64,000 nucleotides of DNA from Oikopleura dioica. Lineage: Eukaryota > Animalia > Chordata. This document shows positions 35,564-48,400 of this stretch, in pieces. The notes under the pieces are model-generated. The model did not search any database. It saw only the letters and a list, made by a program, of their open reading frames with translations, and had not been told where the DNA came from. Positions within the stretch are counted from its first letter, which is position 1. Each line of letters starts with the position of its first letter. The stretch is taken from contig OU015566.1 of the NCBI GenBank assembly GCA_907165135.1, positions 4,898,001 through 4,962,000 on the forward strand, read 5' to 3'. The position numbers were made by a program, and so were the translations under genes.

Positions 35564-36224
35564 TTTTTCAAGTTTTTAGATCAAAAACCTGTTTATAAAA
35601 ACCTGAGTCAGGATTTCAAATACCTATCTAATTCTTTCTTTTCAAATCCTGACTCAGGTTTTCAACTCAATTGGCCGAGGCAGGATCATACCGCTTTGAT
35701 TCCAGCGTGAACAATATGTCCATTTGCGATTTCTAGCGAAAAAATCGCGAAGCAAAATAATTTTATCATCCTTTTTTCTTTCTTTTTATTTCGTAGCTCA
35801 GAAGAGTTACTTTTGCTTTTAAACAGAAACACATTACTTCTGCATATAAGAAATTTATACGCATCAGATAAACTGTAGTGAAACTCGCTTCGCTTTGGAG
35901 ATACAGTGATGAACTGTCAGTAAGGCAAATTAACGAATCCAGAATTTGGTTTCCTCTCCCCTTTGGCTTGATATTTTTGTTTGCGCAAAAAAGTTTGTTG
36001 CGTTTTTCTGAGAAGGGCAAAATTAACTCGTCGGCGCGCCGGCAACGAGATTCCGTGAACGTCAAGAAACAAAATACAATAAAGCCGTATTTGAGTTAAG
36101 CTCCCAAAGTGGATCAAAAATTATTTCTGATCTTATACTTGCCTCTATGAGGCTTCTCTTTCTTTGGTCACGTTTTTTGAACACCAATTTCAAAAATGAC
36201 TTCACTTTTCTAAGCTGTTCAAAG

Positions 36225-36415
36225 TGGCGACATTCAGCGACATTTCGCGACATCTAGCTAAATTCGGCAACATTCTGCGACATCCAGCGGCATTCGGCGA
36301 CATCCAGAGACATCAAGCGACATCAAACGACATCCAGCGACCTTCGAGGACATCCAGAAACATCCAGCGACATCCAAGGACATCAAGCTAAATTCGACGA
36401 CATTCGGCGACTCTC
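36225..36415. repeat. CGACATCCAG-type minisatellite
   Basis: About 15 degenerate 10-11 bp units. Confidence 0.8.
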
Positions 36416-36462
36416 TAAGTGCGCCCAAAATTTTAAGCCGTAACCCTTACCCTAAAAGGCAC

Positions 36463-37119
36463 TTAAGGAGGGGTCGTCGAGAAAAATTTTTCGTTTTTCA
36501 AAATTTTGGTTATATTTTTGGATTTCTTATCAAAAAAGGAGCATTTTTGGTTTCCAGCTTTTCGCGGATTTATTAACTTTTTTTAACAAAATTCTCGATT
36601 TTGTGTCTTGAATTCGAGATTTTACGAAATTTAAAAGTTGGTTATATCACCCAATAATTATCCTTATCAAATTTTTATGTGATAGATATTGTTTTTAGAT
36701 GATTTTTTAATCATTTTTAGTAAAAATTCTGAGTCTCCGCGACTTTGGTAAAATTCCCTATGAAAAATGAGCAAAAATGACGATTTTTAGGTAAATCGGA
36801 TATTTTTGATCAACAGTAAAAAATTTTCACGATAAGCATCCCGTTTTTCATTGTCGCCGCCGTATTTTTAAGGGTTTAAACTTACTTTTAAAAGTATTTG
36901 ATGAAGAAAAAAATCCCGTTTTTGAGATTTCTTGGTCACGAGACACCCCCACTTTGACCTAAATTTTACAAATTTTTTGGAAAAAATTTTTTCTCGTTTT
37001 CACCGCCGTATTTTTCAGACCCTTTTCTTTCCACGTAAATAGTCAGAATTTGCCTATCTAAGCAGGTTTTTCCGCATTTTTGGTCACAGAAATCCCGATT
37101 CTCGTCGACCTCCCCTTAA
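36463..37119. mobile_element. Kolobok-like MITE
   Basis: TTAA|GGAGGGGTCGTCGAGAA...TTCTCGTCGACCTCCCC|TTAA. Confidence 0.7.
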
Positions 37120-39762
37120 ATTTTTTTTATGACTGAAAACTAACTGTAAACGTCTAATTTGAACAAAAACGTCGCAAAGCTAAATGTTTGCCTTTTCGAG
37201 CCAAAAATTCCAGTTTCGGATTTGGACATAATCCGCTGTAACGATTTTGACGTTTGTGATTTGTTTGAAATGTTTCCAGCCTAATGCGCTTGGCAAAAAT
37301 AATTAAAATACCTCCGATTCCTTACTCTGGGATTGAGAAAAACGGGGGATGAGAAATTTTTAAAGCCGTTTTCTTTGTTTTATAAATAGTGAAAGAAAGG
37401 TAGGGAATGATGTTTAATTCAAGATCTTCTCGAAAATAGTGAGTTGTAATTTTTGTCATGTTTCGTGAAAATATTGAATATTTGCGCTTCTTTTTATGAT
37501 CTGGATTTGATCCTGGATTACCGTGCTGACGACAGAAATAATAGCAGTTGGTTTAACTGTCACTGACGCACTTTCTTGTTAAAAATTTCTAGAAAATTTT
37601 TTCAAACAAAATTTTATGAAATCTGTTTCAATCAACCAGTGCCGGAAAAATCATTGTCAACCCGGAAATCGCACTCAGAAATAGCTTGCGTAATGAGAGA
37701 ACAGAAATCTCATCACGCAATTAGCAGCGCACCGGCTCAAATTCTACTTGAGCTCATCAAAAGTCCTCAGCTTTAGATCCCCATTTACATCCTCTAAAAA
37801 CCCTGCAACTGATTCATCTTCTTTCAGCCGCTAGAAGATACATTTTTTATAAACAGTTTTTGATCGTGAAGATGCTATCGACTCGAAAACTTTTTAAAAC
37901 TACCGGATTTGAACAGGTTCTTTTTGATTTTGCTCAAGTGGGGGAAGGAAGCGGTGCCACCTGATGCTCGCCCCGTTTTTGCTTGTCCGAGATGGGCTTT
38001 TAAAAGAAGTGATAAGGGCCGACTCGACCGAGGCGCCTTGATCAACCGAACGGATGTTGAGCTACTCGGCGGGGATGAGCTTCTTTTGGGGATGAAGAGG
38101 ATCAGGGACGGTTCTTGAATTAATTTATTGGGAGAACTGTTTTGCTCCGAACCTGGCTCAGGTTTTCTACACAGGTTTTTTGCCAAGAAAAATTCTAGAC
38201 TGAATATCATTTGACATATGACATGTCAGACTTGTTTTTACTGCGGTTCATCTAGAATTCGTTCAGTCAGCCAGTAAAGAATCAAATTTGGTGAGACTCC
38301 ATCTCCTTGAACTTTTGGCTCGAAACTCGAAAAACATATTTTGACATGATTAGAAATTAAATTCTAGCTCTGTCTCCCTTTTTTCCGAAACAAAGCAAGA
38401 AAAAACATAGCTCCGCTTTTTCAAGTTTTTAATTGTTATTCAGAACAAGGTGTTATCCTCGGGAAAATCCATATTTTCGTTTGATACGCCCGCGCTTCAG
38501 CTCAAGCAGATCCGGAAGGCGACGGATTCAGACCCTTTTTTGTCTGTTCGGCAGGTCAAATAACGGAAAAAAGCCGACTGTGATGCGCCGCCAATTATGC
38601 ACATTTGGGGAAATGGCGAGACCTTGTAAAGCGATAAATTGGGGACACTTGGCAGCTTTCTGAAGAACTTTGAGCGAGGAATAAGGTGCGAAAATGGATA
38701 AAGAAAGGAAAAAAGATCGATTGAAAATAAAAATATTTCTGATTTGAATCTTGGATTTCCGGCTCTTGAGCCAGATCATGAAGAAAGAAGGGTTCGATAA
38801 AAATCGGCGCGGAGCTCAAGAAGTCGGCTGTGCGCAAACAAACTCTCTTATCAGCGCCGAGCTGATCTAAACACTCCAGCCAAAAGTGGTGACCCGGATC
38901 CCGACTCAAACCGGTTGCTCAAAATACCCAAGTAGCTTACATTGCGACCTAAGTGACGCTGACCTCTATCGCGAGATCCATCTACTTATGACATGGCCAC
39001 ATTTTCATAAACACTAATCATTGCCTCTTTTTACTGTTTTAGACCCTGACTCAGATTTTTACACTGAGTCCCGAGGAACTTTGTCTTCGAGAGAGATAAT
39101 ATAAACTTATTGAAACAATAAGCGCGTATTTTTTCATCCAAGATTGAAATCAGAAATTTACCTTCATTCTTTTGTTGTTATTATCGGTGATCGATGAGGA
39201 GCTTATTATGCTTCGCTGAAACGGTTGCGTACTTTCAAAGGACTGGAATAAATAAATAAACGCGACCGGGTTATGTACGTCCGACATGGGTAAACCCCTT
39301 GAGAAACGTCACGTTGACAGCGACTCCTTGTCATGGGGACGTAACTTGAGCCACCTGAATTTTTCTTCCCTTTGAAAGAAGGCTTATCCCTTCACTCTTC
39401 CGAAAAAGGGGGCAATTTTATGTAATAAAAATCGTGAAAAATTTTTATTTTCAAGTGTTTTCTTCTGCTCCGACCCGATTTGAAAAAGCTGGAGCTACTC
39501 GACTTCACTTTCAAATTTCATTTTTGAAAAATGGAAAAACATTTCGCCGGATGATCCGGGCAGAATCCCCGAGACGAGGAGTTGTCATAATAACTCAAAG
39601 TTAAATAATTAGAATCCCTGGTTTTTTTTCGCTTTTCTTGGCAAAATTTCGACATCGAAGTTAAAAAGGTTTTTTTTTCAAATCCTGGCGGGATTTTTAG
39701 ACCCTTACTCAGGCTTTCTTTACAGGTTCTGGGATCAGAGATTCAATAATAAAAAAGTAGGA

Positions 39763-39963
39763 TTACTGTTTCTGAGCTACATTAGTGACAGGCATGTAAT
39801 CTTTACGGAAGAAAGATGTTATTTTGTCGAAGAAGCCAGCAAGGAGGACAAAGGGAGAAATAAGCAGAAAAATTATCAATGCAAATATCCAGAGTCCAGT
39901 TGACGGATTTTCATCGGAGATGGCTACTTCTTCATTTGTTCCGATTCTGATAAGCTTATCCAA
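39763..39963 (-). CDS. Terminal exon with one TM segment of an unresolved gene (upstream exons probably 40-42 kb)
   Basis: GLWIFALIIFLLISPFVLLAGFF followed by stop; upstream exons could not be assembled. Confidence 0.35.
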   Translation of the reverse strand: MDKLIRIGTNEEVAISDENPSTGLWIFALIIFLLISPFVLLAGFFDKITSFFRKDYMPVTNVAQKQ

Positions 39964-40967
39964 GAAAGAATCACTTGCTGAAGAAAGAGGCAGATTTTAA
40001 AGATCAGTTTTGCCCATATTTTTCTCTAAAAATAAAAATATTAAATAGACATATTTTTTATTTTTTTTTACTGAAAAATACCTTTTTCAACTGCTATTTT
40101 CGCACAGTTTTCGTAAGAAGGAGGGTTTCCCTGATTTTTCTCTCCTTTCATTTTTGAATTTTCGAATTCGGGGGCTAAGAATTTTGGCCTAAGATCAGCT
40201 TGCTAAGCTCAAATAAAAATTCAAAAAAACAGCCCCTGTTTGAGGTGTTCTCATTATTTTATGATTTCTAAATATCAATTTTCTTATTGAAAAAGGGAAA
40301 ATGAATGATGCGATACGCCTGAAATGATTTTGAAAAGAAAGCAAAAAAGTCAATTTTGCTCTTTCACATTCGCTTCTGATCCTCTCAGTCAAATTTCGTA
40401 TTTGCTTATCTCGCGAAAGCACTAGAACTTGTTGATTCTGCGCCTGCGATATTTAGGTCCTTGGAACCGAGTTGATATCGAGTCAGTGGCATGAAATTAA
40501 CGTCCAATTTTCAAATTTCCGAAAATTCAATTTACCCTGATAGCGGAAGGAGAGCGCCAGAATGAAATTGCCGCGATGACAGAATTGATGAAATTTACGT
40601 TTTGATCCAGATCGACCGGCTCTAGAATCTGGGCATTTTTATTTCGAGTGAAATTCCTTGAAATGCGTCCAAAAAGTCACTTTTCCGAAAAAGCACTCAC
40701 CAAAGTGGGCAAGCTTCATATTGATTTATTCAAAATTTGGAGTATTCAGCTGAATATTCTTCCATTGGATTTCCGCCCGGTGTTTACAAAACCGTTTCAG
40801 TTGGGCCGAGAATGAGACAACAGGGCACTTCCGCCACTTCCAACCGCTAAACAGCCTCTTGAGTTGCAATCTTCAAACAGTAATGCTCCGATGCTTGCAG
40901 AGAGTTTCTAAATCAATTGATTCTTTTTTCCGGGAATTGCTTCGTTTCTGTTGATTTTGAGTTGATT

Positions 40968-41130
40968 TTAAGGGGGTAGACAGCGTAAATTAAGCTGATT
41001 ATTTTTTTGGCTTAAGGGTATCCCCAACGATATTTTTAAACAGGCAATAGTTCAATTCCGCCCTGTTCATTGGGGATACCCTAAAGCCGAAAAAAATAAT
41101 ATTCGTATTTTACGCTGTCTACCCCCTTAA
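40968..41130. mobile_element. Short Kolobok-like MITE
   Basis: TTAA|GGGGGTAGACAGCGTAAA...TTTACGCTGTCTACCCCC|TTAA. Confidence 0.8.
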
Positions 41131-44100
41131 AATCGATATTTTTAAACAGGCAATAGTTTGATTCGAGCCCTGATCGTTGCGGATACCCTTAAAGATGACT
41201 CATTTTAGTCTTTTTCTTGTGCAGCGTTCTCAAAAATCCTGGAATACTGGAATTCGGGAAATGGTAATTTAGTTGTTTACTCCAATCCCAAGGTGAGTTT
41301 TAACCACAGCCGGTGTCACCCGTTTTTTTTCTTTTCGCTCGATCCAGATTTGTGGCTCGACCGCAAAATTTCCAACCCTCCTGTATGATAAATTCAAAAT
41401 TCGAAATTCTAGATTCTCAAATTTAATTCTACAACAGGGCTCAATACAGTGAGTCACATGCGAAGCGCCTTCAGAATTTGATAATTTCTGCGTATACCGT
41501 CGCGAAAACCCGCTCCAAGACGCCAATTTGACAATTCCGGACAACATAGCTTGAATTCAGCTTCCCGGCACTTCCGCGGGAAAAATTTCTGAGGAGCTGA
41601 AATTCCTCCAAAAAGGCAGCTCTAGAAGAAAATTTCTTCAAATAAAGACTTTGCAAAGCGATAATCCGCTCGAATCAATAACAACCCATCTGGGCTACTG
41701 GAGATCCCTTCCAAATCTGATTGATTGTCGCAAAAGTTGAACAATCAGAGGGCGAATCTTCACGGCTCTAGAATTATGGCGCGCGTGCGGATGCGGCCCG
41801 TCAACAGCCTCTTCGGCGGTGCGGGATATACAAGCCGAGTTGATCCTTCCGGATGATGCCGCCACTCTGAGCAGGATTTTAGGAACTGACCCAGAATACG
41901 ACAAACATGACTGCAATCACGGGGCATAATTGAAGATGTTGAAAGCTCCGGCCGTTGAAAAATAAAGCTGTGTGAGTCTGAAGATACAAAACCAAAAATT
42001 CGATTGGCGGCTTTGTGCGCCAAATCGTGCAGTTGAGCCTGTGTGGTGCATAAATTGAACCGCTTCTGACGGTTTCGCCCGACGCCTGTCCGAAATCACC
42101 AAAATCAGCCTAAGCTTTTTCTTCTTTTTCCAGTATTTTTCAGGAGATTCTGGAAGAAAGGTCAAAATCAAGGAAAAAAGACAACAAACAGAAAAAGAAG
42201 GAAGGCATTTTAAATAGTATCGTCGGCGCTATGCTTTTGAATAATGAATTAACCTTAAACATGCACCAGTCTTTCTATTTAATCCTTTTATTTGAGCGAG
42301 GAAAATATGAGCTTTGATGAGGTGGCGGCGCGTTTGAGTGAGCCACGGCCAGGTGCACCGACTTCTTCGGCAAGAACTTCCGGATCAGGCCGCCGCACCG
42401 TTAGAATTCGAGATGGAAAATGTAAAAATAATATTTTCTCATGAAATAAAATTTATTCAAAAGCGGATCCGGAACTTTCAAAAACGAAAAATTGCAAGTT
42501 CTTGCAAGAAAAAATGAAAAATCACGACGAAAAAAAAATTTCGAGTCGACACCCTTATTAAGCATTAACGAAAAAATATTTTCGGTTTATTGTCGCAATG
42601 ATTTTTAATAAGAATTTTATATCATCTTAAATGACTCATTTTGAATTAAACAAGAAAATTTTTGGTTATGGGTTCTCTCAGCCAATCAGAGGCCAGTTTT
42701 CCAATTTTTGGCCAACCCTAGTTGCATTTTTTTCTGAAAAAATAGTCTAGGTTGGAAATGCCCAGTATGGTCAACCCGTTATTTTTGGGTTTCGGGTGTC
42801 AAGATCAAAAGAAGAAAAAAAAAATAATTCGATGGATTCATTGTCAAGCTTTGGGTTTAGGCGCGACCGCGAAAAAAACGCGAATGCTTCGACATTTGCA
42901 AACAGCAGATGTCGATTTTGCGTCGACTGGAGCACGTTTACAAGATGCCGCCCAGTAGGATTATCCCACCCAATGTTTGCAACTGCCAATCAAGAATTTT
43001 CAACGCGAAGGAGCGAAGTTTTCAATTTCTTGAACACTTTTTCAAGACTCAAATATTCTAGCTCGAATTTGAAGCCTTCAGAGTATACCTTCTGACCTTA
43101 ATAAAAGTTATTTCTACTTGACCTTTATCTTATTAAAAATAAAAAATAAAAGCCAATTCGACCCAACTGAGTCTCTGTTCAAAAAGCTGAGTAAAAACAG
43201 CCGTCTGCGGGAAAAGTTGAGACGGAATATTTGATTGAAAGGTCGGAACAGCGAAAAATAATTCAAGAAAACATTGCGCTAACATGGCGCAAAATTCAAG
43301 AGCCAAGAAAAATGCAAAACCACGAGGTTCTTTTATTCTGTATGAATCGCTTTTCAAGAGCCTTACTTGACTAGAGATGATGTTTTTTAAGATTTTTTGA
43401 CAATAAACATCGATGTTTTTTGAATTCTTGAATTCGAAGACAAAAAATTTGAGTTTCAATTTTTTTCTTAAAATTTTTGATATTTTATTTCAAAATTAAG
43501 AATTTTTTTCCTCAAAAACTTTGACTTTTTTTTTCAAATTTTTTGAATTTTTCTCCTCAAAAGTTAAATTTTATGTCTAGGAGATATTTTCGATGCAATT
43601 ATTATATGGTATTATTTTTTAAAAATTATGATTTTATCCTCTGATCTCGCAAAAACGATCATTATTACCATGTCAAGCTGGCTGCGCTTAAAAAAAATTA
43701 ATTTATATTTTTAGAACGGACTCAGCCGCAAAGATCAGTTCTATTTAGCAAACACCGAAAATGGCGATATTTAGAGGGTGGAGGGGCGAAATCAATCTGG
43801 GACCCAGCACTCGCGAAAATTACCTTGTCACATATCTACTCAAAATACCAAATTAACTTACGCATCAATACGTAGCCCGGCTTTGAATCGAATTCAAACT
43901 GAAGCTGGACAAATACAAATAGCTTCAAGTTCACATGTCAAGTGGCCAAACTTGTATTTTTTCGAGTAATCCAAATTTGACTATTTTGTATTTTGTTGTA
44001 TTTTGAATTGGCTCGAATTGAGAGACAAAAAAATGTCCATGTTATTTGCGTAGCGTTTCTGTTTTTTCTTGATCTTGGTTGTTTAGCAAACAGTGTTCTA

Positions 44101-44217
44101 TTCAATTTCAAAAGTTGCAAAAAAAAGACATAAAAATTCATGTAAAAGGTATTTTCTTAGGAAGTTCAAAGCAGCGGATTTTCGGACTAAACCAATAAAT
44201 GGGATTTAATTTTTAGA

Positions 44218-44400
44218 TAACCAATAAGATTGCTGTATTTGACCAAACGGCCAATCAAAACCTTGATCCATGAATTTACTTCCAAAAATGGTTTAAACCG
44301 GGTTTTCTGCCTGAAAATGAGGTTTTACCAATTTATGGAAATGATTTTTTTGATCAGGGTTTTGATTGGCCGTTCGGCCAAATACAGCAATCTTATTGGT
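44218..44400. repeat. Inverted-repeat element carrying paired CCAAT motifs (CCAATAAGATTGCTGTATTTGNCC..CCAATCAAAACC)
   Basis: Inverted pair here; single copies at ~25027-25075 and ~34597-34650. Confidence 0.7.
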
Positions 44401-45214
44401 TAACCAAATATTAACTTCAATAAATTGGTTTAGTCGGAAAATGATGAACAGGAGGGGTCCCCTTATTTAATTCCTGCGTCTCCTTAATTCTGTATGTTTC
44501 CACATAGTGGTCCAGCAAAGCCGAAAAAGCCGTTCTTTAGAAAGAAAAAGCAGTGTAATCAAGCCATGTAGCGCTTAAAAATTAACAGCGCGCGGGTCAA
44601 AAAATAAGTTCACCGGACACGAAAATGGGTGAAATTAGGATTCCGCTAAATTGGCACTTTGCTTTTTCCAAACTATCTTTCGGTCAATTATGTAATCAAT
44701 CTTTTGTGGGCTCTTTTTATGGAGCTAATTGAATAAATGAAAGATTGCCAATCTTAGATTGGTCAATTAGGAACCGAGTTGTCGATAACACTTTTGGTCG
44801 CGAAAATGGCTTAAAAATTCATAAAAAAAGAACGCTGCGAAAAAAACGAGTCAGATCGATTAGCAATTCGAATTGAGTCCGGAACCCCGCCTTGGGGTCA
44901 GTTTAAGGTGACGCTGTCGATTCAAATGAAATATTTTAGGGAATTATGCAGCACACAATTATTGGATCAGCGCTCGACGCCTTTGGAACTTTGCTGGATT
45001 AACCTCGCGCGCGAAATTATTAAGTCATAATTTCATCGTTCGATCGAAAAAGGGAAAGACCATAATTGGAAGGGAGAGCCTTAATTGCAACATTAATAAT
45101 TCAATGAACTTGTTTTTCATGGACAAAATTATCCGTTTCTTTCCTTCATTTCACGTCGAGAATAAGGGGGGGCTCTAAGAAAATAATTTTGAAAAAAAAA
45201 TTGGAAAAGTCATC

Positions 45215-45408
45215 CGATTGACACCCTTATTTTGGGGTGGCGTCAGGGACCGACAAAAAATTTCGACAAATTTCGGGTGCAAATTTTAACCAATCAAAAG
45301 CCCGGACTCGGAGAATCGGCCAATCGACAGCCAAGGAGCCGCCCACGCAAAATTTGTCGAATTTTTTTGTCGGGCCTTGACGCCAACCCTAAATAAGGGT
45401 GTCAATCG
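45215..45408. mobile_element. Longest MITE family A copy, with outer CGATTGACACCCTTATTT TIRs
   Basis: Inverted ends at 45215 and 45408; weaker symmetry extends to ~45160 and 45452. Confidence 0.75.
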
Positions 45409-48400
45409 AATAGTTCTCAAAAAAAAATTATTTTTATGGCTCATCCCTTAAAAATTGTTGAGCGGATAAAACAAAATTAAGGGTCCAATTAAACAGTGCA
45501 ATTAATCCCTTCCTATCCCTGTTTTTGAATGAAGGGGTACTCGAGGGGTGAGGGGTTATAATTTAGCTGAACACTCGTTTTCGTGGTTAAGAATTTCCCA
45601 TCAAGTGGGTTGACGAGTACTTTTGCCGGATAAGACAAGTGCTGGGTGTAGTTCTCCCCCCATCATGTTTCTAAGTTGTTGACTTCCGTGGCTACAATTC
45701 GCGACAAGAATGGGAGAAGAGTACACTTTAGGCACACAAATAAAGAAAATAATGAAAAAAGAAGGGGTGCTTTGAAACTTCCGATTTTCGATTAAGGGTC
45801 TATCCTCCGAAATTGACAGTACCTTAAATGATAATACAGTTGATCTGGACAACCTGAGTAGAAAACCTGAGTCAGGATCTTGCAATTTCAAGGACCCTGA
45901 GTCAGGTTTTCTTGACACTTTGTTGCAGTCAATTTCGGAGGTGAGAGCCTTAATTTTCATTAAATTCCCCACGATGTGTCAATAAAACCTTAACCCTAGT
46001 TTTGAACCAGTAAAAGTGTCAAATAAACATGCCAAATTTCCCCCAGCCGGACAATTCCGAGCTCATCAAAATTTCATCCATCAAAATTTCCCGACTCGTG
46101 CCAGCTTGGACTTTGTGAATTTAGCACTTAGGTCCTACGACGGCGATTTTTATCGGTTGGCTAATGGGGTCATATTCTCCGGCGAAAAAGGGAACAAAAG
46201 GTCGAAACGGGTAAATGGGCATTTTTTGGCACGTGGCGGGCTATTAGCTGCGCGAAATGAGCTTGATAACCTTATCGCAGTCTGAAGAAATGAGGCTGAG
46301 CTTTTTCGAACCGAATTTGGGGATAATTTATAATAGGAAATGGAATGGCAAAGTCATAAACAAGAAAAAAGGGTATCACTTCAGAGAAAATCATGATTTT
46401 TTGAGCAGAATTTTCTTGCTTTTTCGTAGAGAGACCCTTATTTTCTTCAACAATCCTAAGCAAACTCCTCGATAGTCGAAGAAAATAAGGGTATCACTAC
46501 GAAAATTATAAAAAAATCTCGTTGAAAAATCAAGATTTTTCTGAAGAGATACCCTTATTTGTTGCTTTTGACTTTGCCATTCGATTTCCTATCATGAGTC
46601 TTCCCCTAATTCGGCTCCAAAAAAACGTATTGTGGCCGAATTAACCCAACAATGTTGCTTAGATTGCCTTTCAGACGAATTAAAAATGTATTTTCCATCT
46701 ATCTTCAAGTTTAAGTGCCAAATAGCTCTACTCATCATCAATTAATTTTTATCAAAAACAACTCATTTTCAAGAGCAAAACTTGAATTCATCAATTTTAA
46801 TGTCCTTTTTTTCAAAATATTTATTTCCTCCTCTTTTTTCTGAAAAAATGAATGAAAATATTTTTTTGATTATTTTTCTTTTTGCTCCAAAAAATGTCGA
46901 ACATGATGTTCGACGAGTTTTTTTTAACCGAAAAGACTCTGAATTGCTTAATTTGGAGCATTTGTGAATAATGAAAAAAGAGATGTCGGAAAACAAAGCG
47001 AACAATGACTGAAAAGACCGATCCCTTTTTTGTCGGACACTTTTTGTCCGGTTTCTGATGATTTTTTTATCAAAAGTCGAGCAGACGATTTTCAGACGAG
47101 GAAAAACTGTATTCAGGGCGATTTTTCTTTCGGCAATTTGAACAAAAAAATCACCTTCTTCCGAAAAAAGCTTTTAGGTCTCGGCGCCCCACTTTCCAAC
47201 TTGGTCGGCCTCCATCACCAAGGTGCGAGTAGATTGCGATCAAAGGGGGAATATGGAGAGTGGGCCCTTCGTGGGTTGTAACAGATCTTCCCTTGAAAGT
47301 GATTTAGGGCGCAAACTGTTTGCTTTACGACACTTCAAAGGGGCATCTTTCAAGAGTCATGGAAGGGGAACATTTTTTTTCATGGGAGAAGAACTGTAAA
47401 AATGTTACTGTGCTTTACTTTTTCTAGAAATTTGAACAATTTTAATAATTTTGGACGAATAAAGATTTCATTGGACGATAAATAAAGGGTTCCTCTTTCT
47501 TACTGGAAGAAAAATAAGGGTATCACTCTGTTAATTTTTTAGAAAAGCAATTTGAAAAATTTTAATTAACGTCGCTACACCCTTAATTTTATTAAGACCT
47601 TTGAAAAAATCGTCGAGAAAATCAGCGAACAATATTTCGAGTCAAAATGATTGGCAATTTTTTTGAGTTCCAGTTGTGTATATCGCAGTAAAAGAGAATT
47701 TTGAGTCGAAAAGTAAACTCGCCCTATTTCGATCGCTATCCCCTTATCCTTCCCCGAATCAGCCCTAGTTCTAGAAGCATCACCCCTCAGATCTCCCGTG
47801 GCTCACTTTCCCCGCATCAGATCGTCCCTCCGCCAATTTTCGAAGCCCCCGATCGGCTCCTGAGCGCCAACCCTTTCGAAAATTTTTTTGCTGTAGCGCC
47901 ACCGCGATAGCGCAATACGCGCACGTGCGGCGCGCACTTTCTCCGCTCAACTGAAACTGAATTGAAAAAAGAAAGAATCGAAAAAAGTAAAAAGAACGAT
48001 CAGCGATTTTTTTAATTAATGCTGGAAATAAACAATAAGAGCTTGGAGAATTAATAACAGAGATTTCAAGAAGAACCCCTTGGTAAAACAGAAAAACTAA
48101 TGCGAAAACTCCGGAATATCATGGTGAGTCCCTTAAATTTATTTCTTGATAAAAGTGATTTTATGGTTCAGATACCCTTAAATTCCATTTTTTGCCTTTT
48201 CAAATCTTGTTTTATTTGCACAGAAATTTTTAATTTTATCATTTTGATACCCTTAATCGAATCAAGGCAGATTTTAAGGGGGTGTCTTTGAAAAAATAGT
48301 CTTTAAAGAAATTTTATGCTAAGGGTATCAGGATTTTTACAGTTTTTGATGACTTGTTTTATTTTCAAATTTTTGATTATTAATGAATAAGGTCCAAAAA

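Noticed and set aside
33600-43100. Scattered exon-like stretches (33640-33800, 34950-35150, 35870-36060, 37900-38900, 41200-42100, 42300-43100)
   Set aside because: Probably real genes, but no motif recognised and no consistent splice model could be built by eye.
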